A stretch of DNA of 61,325 nucleotides, filler included. It is 4 parts of 4 records of this genome, joined end to end, with 100 filler letters (N's around TTAATTAATTAA, not from the genome) between each part and the next. Parts side by side here need not be neighbours in the genome. Positions count along the whole stretch, not along the records: positions 36,897 to 61,325 come from SRR2962707_3480; 3 more parts are not named here. One strand, 5' to 3'. Made by a program: the position numbers and the translations under genes. Within the stretch, counting starts at the first letter, position 1, and each line of letters begins with the position of its first letter. The notes under the pieces were generated by a model that was given only the letters and a program-made list of their open reading frames with translations, was not told where the DNA came from and ran no database searches. Positions 60,039 to 61,325 of this stretch are shown piece after piece.

Positions 60039-61325
60039 TTACAAATCCTTGGGCAACAGCGCCGCTGGAATGTCTTGATAGCACACCGGACGAAGGAACC
60101 GGCGGATCGACAGCGTGCCGACCGACGTGGCCCCAAAGTTGGTCGATGCGGGGTAGGGACCGCCGTGAACCATTGTGTCGCTGACTTCGACGCCTGTTGG
60201 GAACCCATTTGCCAGAACCCGGCCAGCTTTGCGTTCCAGAATTGGCAGGAAGGAAGAGGCCTCGCCTGTGTCTTCGTCATCTACATGAATGGTGCACGTC
60301 AATTGCCCCCGAAGGTGCACGGCCACCTGGCGCATCTCGTCAAGGTTTTCAGCTGTTACAATCACACCCAACGGGCCGAACACTTCTTCGGAAAGTTCTT
60401 CATTGGCCAACCAGGTCTGGGCGGATGTTGCATATAGGTATGGGGTGGCGTTGCGATCCTCTGAGGATGTTGTCAGAAGTTCCTCGACACCTTTCGCGCC
60501 TGCGACGCGCTGCTGACCATTCCGATAGGCTGCGGCAATGCCATCCGTCAGCATGGTTTGCGTGGCAACCTGTGACAGGCTTTCGCGGGTCGCCAACGTG
60601 AATTTGTCCGCCTCATCCCCGGCCAACACAACAGCAACCCCCGGATTGGTACAGAACTGGCCCGCGCCCATAGTCAGGGAGCCGGCCCATCCTTTGGCGA
60701 TGGCGTCTCCGCGGTTCGACAGGGCACCTGGGAAGATGAACATCGGGTTGACTGACCCAAGTTCGCCAAAGAAGGGGATCGGTTCAGGGCGCGCAGCGCA
60801 AAGATCGAAAAGCGCCCGACCCCCCGCAAGTGAGCCGGTGAAACCAACCGCTTTGATCAGAGGGTGCTCTACCAACGCTGCGCCAACCTGTCGGCTGCCA
60901 CCTTGGATCAGGCTGAAAACACCCGGATGAATGCCACATTTCTGAATTGCTGCATGGATCGCTTCGGCGATGATCTCTCCGGTTCCGGGATGTGCGTCAT
61001 GGCCTTTGACCACAACGGGGCAGCCTGCGGCCAAAGCCGCCGCCGTGTCACCGCCCGCAGTTGAGAAGGCGAGGGGAAAGTTGGATGCGCCAAAGACCGC
61101 GACAGGGCCAATCGGGCGCTGAATCATATGCAGATCGGCACGCGGCAAGGGTTGACGGTCGGGCAGCGCTTCGTCGTGACGGCGGTCAAGATAGGCGCCT
61201 TGCAGAATATGATCTGCAAAAAGACGAATTTGGCTAACCGTCCGCCCACGTTCTCCGTTAAGGCGCATTTCGGGCAGGCCGGTTTCCTGACTGCCGATTT
61301 CGGTGATGGCATCAGCGCGGGTTTC
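60039..61325 (-). CDS. Aldehyde dehydrogenase, 2,5-dioxovalerate (KGSA) dehydrogenase type, 5' truncated
   Basis: FGASNFPLAFSTAGGDTA, GFTGS, GELGS, GQFCTNPG, EEVFGP, HGGPYPAS. The ORF continues past the window end. Confidence 0.92.
   Translation of the reverse strand, partial: ETRADAITEIGSQETGLPEMRLNGERGRTVSQIRLFADHILQGAYLDRRHDEALPDRQPLPRADLHMIQRPIGPVAVFGASNFPLAFSTAGGDTAAALAAGCPVVVKGHDAHPGTGEIIAEAIHAAIQKCGIHPGVFSLIQGGSRQVGAALVEHPLIKAVGFTGSLAGGRALFDLCAARPEPIPFFGELGSVNPMFIFPGALSNRGDAIAKGWAGSLTMGAGQFCTNPGVAVVLAGDEADKFTLATRESLSQVATQTMLTDGIAAAYRNGQQRVAGAKGVEELLTTSSEDRNATPYLYATSAQTWLANEELSEEVFGPLGVIVTAENLDEMRQVAVHLRGQLTCTIHVDDEDTGEASSFLPILERKAGRVLANGFPTGVEVSDTMVHGGPYPASTNFGATSVGTLSIRRFLRPVCYQDIPAALLPKDL

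Noticed and set aside
1-61325. CRISPR arrays, rRNA, tRNA, integrases or phage genes
   Set aside because: I saw no regularly spaced repeats, structural RNA signatures or such genes by eye. A covariance-model search was not possible.

Overview
This window is not one locus. It is four unrelated contigs joined by artificial spacers (N44-TTAATTAATTAA-N44) at 20421-20520, 30596-30695 and 36797-36896, so it probably comes from a marine metagenome. (1) 1-20420 is an AT-rich gammaproteobacterial contig (Alteromonadales-like, by inference). It holds a truncated Y1/RAYT-like HUH nuclease, a PhoD-like phosphatase and a 13.5-kb co-regulated isocyanide-synthase (ICS) biosynthetic cluster. The cluster comprises a DJ-1/AraC regulator, an MMPL + LolA-like + outer-membrane trio, an old yellow enzyme, a stand-alone ICS, a HAD phosphatase, a three-domain DUF442-like(Cys)-ICS-Fe/2OG dioxygenase fusion, a flavin monooxygenase and a cysteine-desulfurase-like PLP enzyme. 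My best candidate for a new system is this cluster, read as a dedicated isocyanide-to-isothiocyanate pathway. (2) 20521-30595 is a GC-rich alphaproteobacterial glycan-modification cluster (FkbM, two Gfo/Idh/MocA, SGNH + MBOAT, KdsB-like, methyltransferase-like, HAD, 2-hydroxyacid dehydrogenase). (3) 30696-36796 is a eukaryotic (protist) contig with two convergent intron-containing genes: CTP synthase (5 exons) and ovothiol synthase OvoA (6 exons, with a long transit-peptide-like N-terminus). (4) 36897-61325 is a Roseobacter-like contig. It has a GntR-controlled extradiol-dioxygenase/TTT operon, a GH105 + ABC + triple-oxidoreductase glycan-utilisation locus, DoxX, a delta-class carbonic anhydrase and a KGSA-type aldehyde dehydrogenase. 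All calls come from reading motifs by eye; no searches were run, and the taxonomic assignments are inference.
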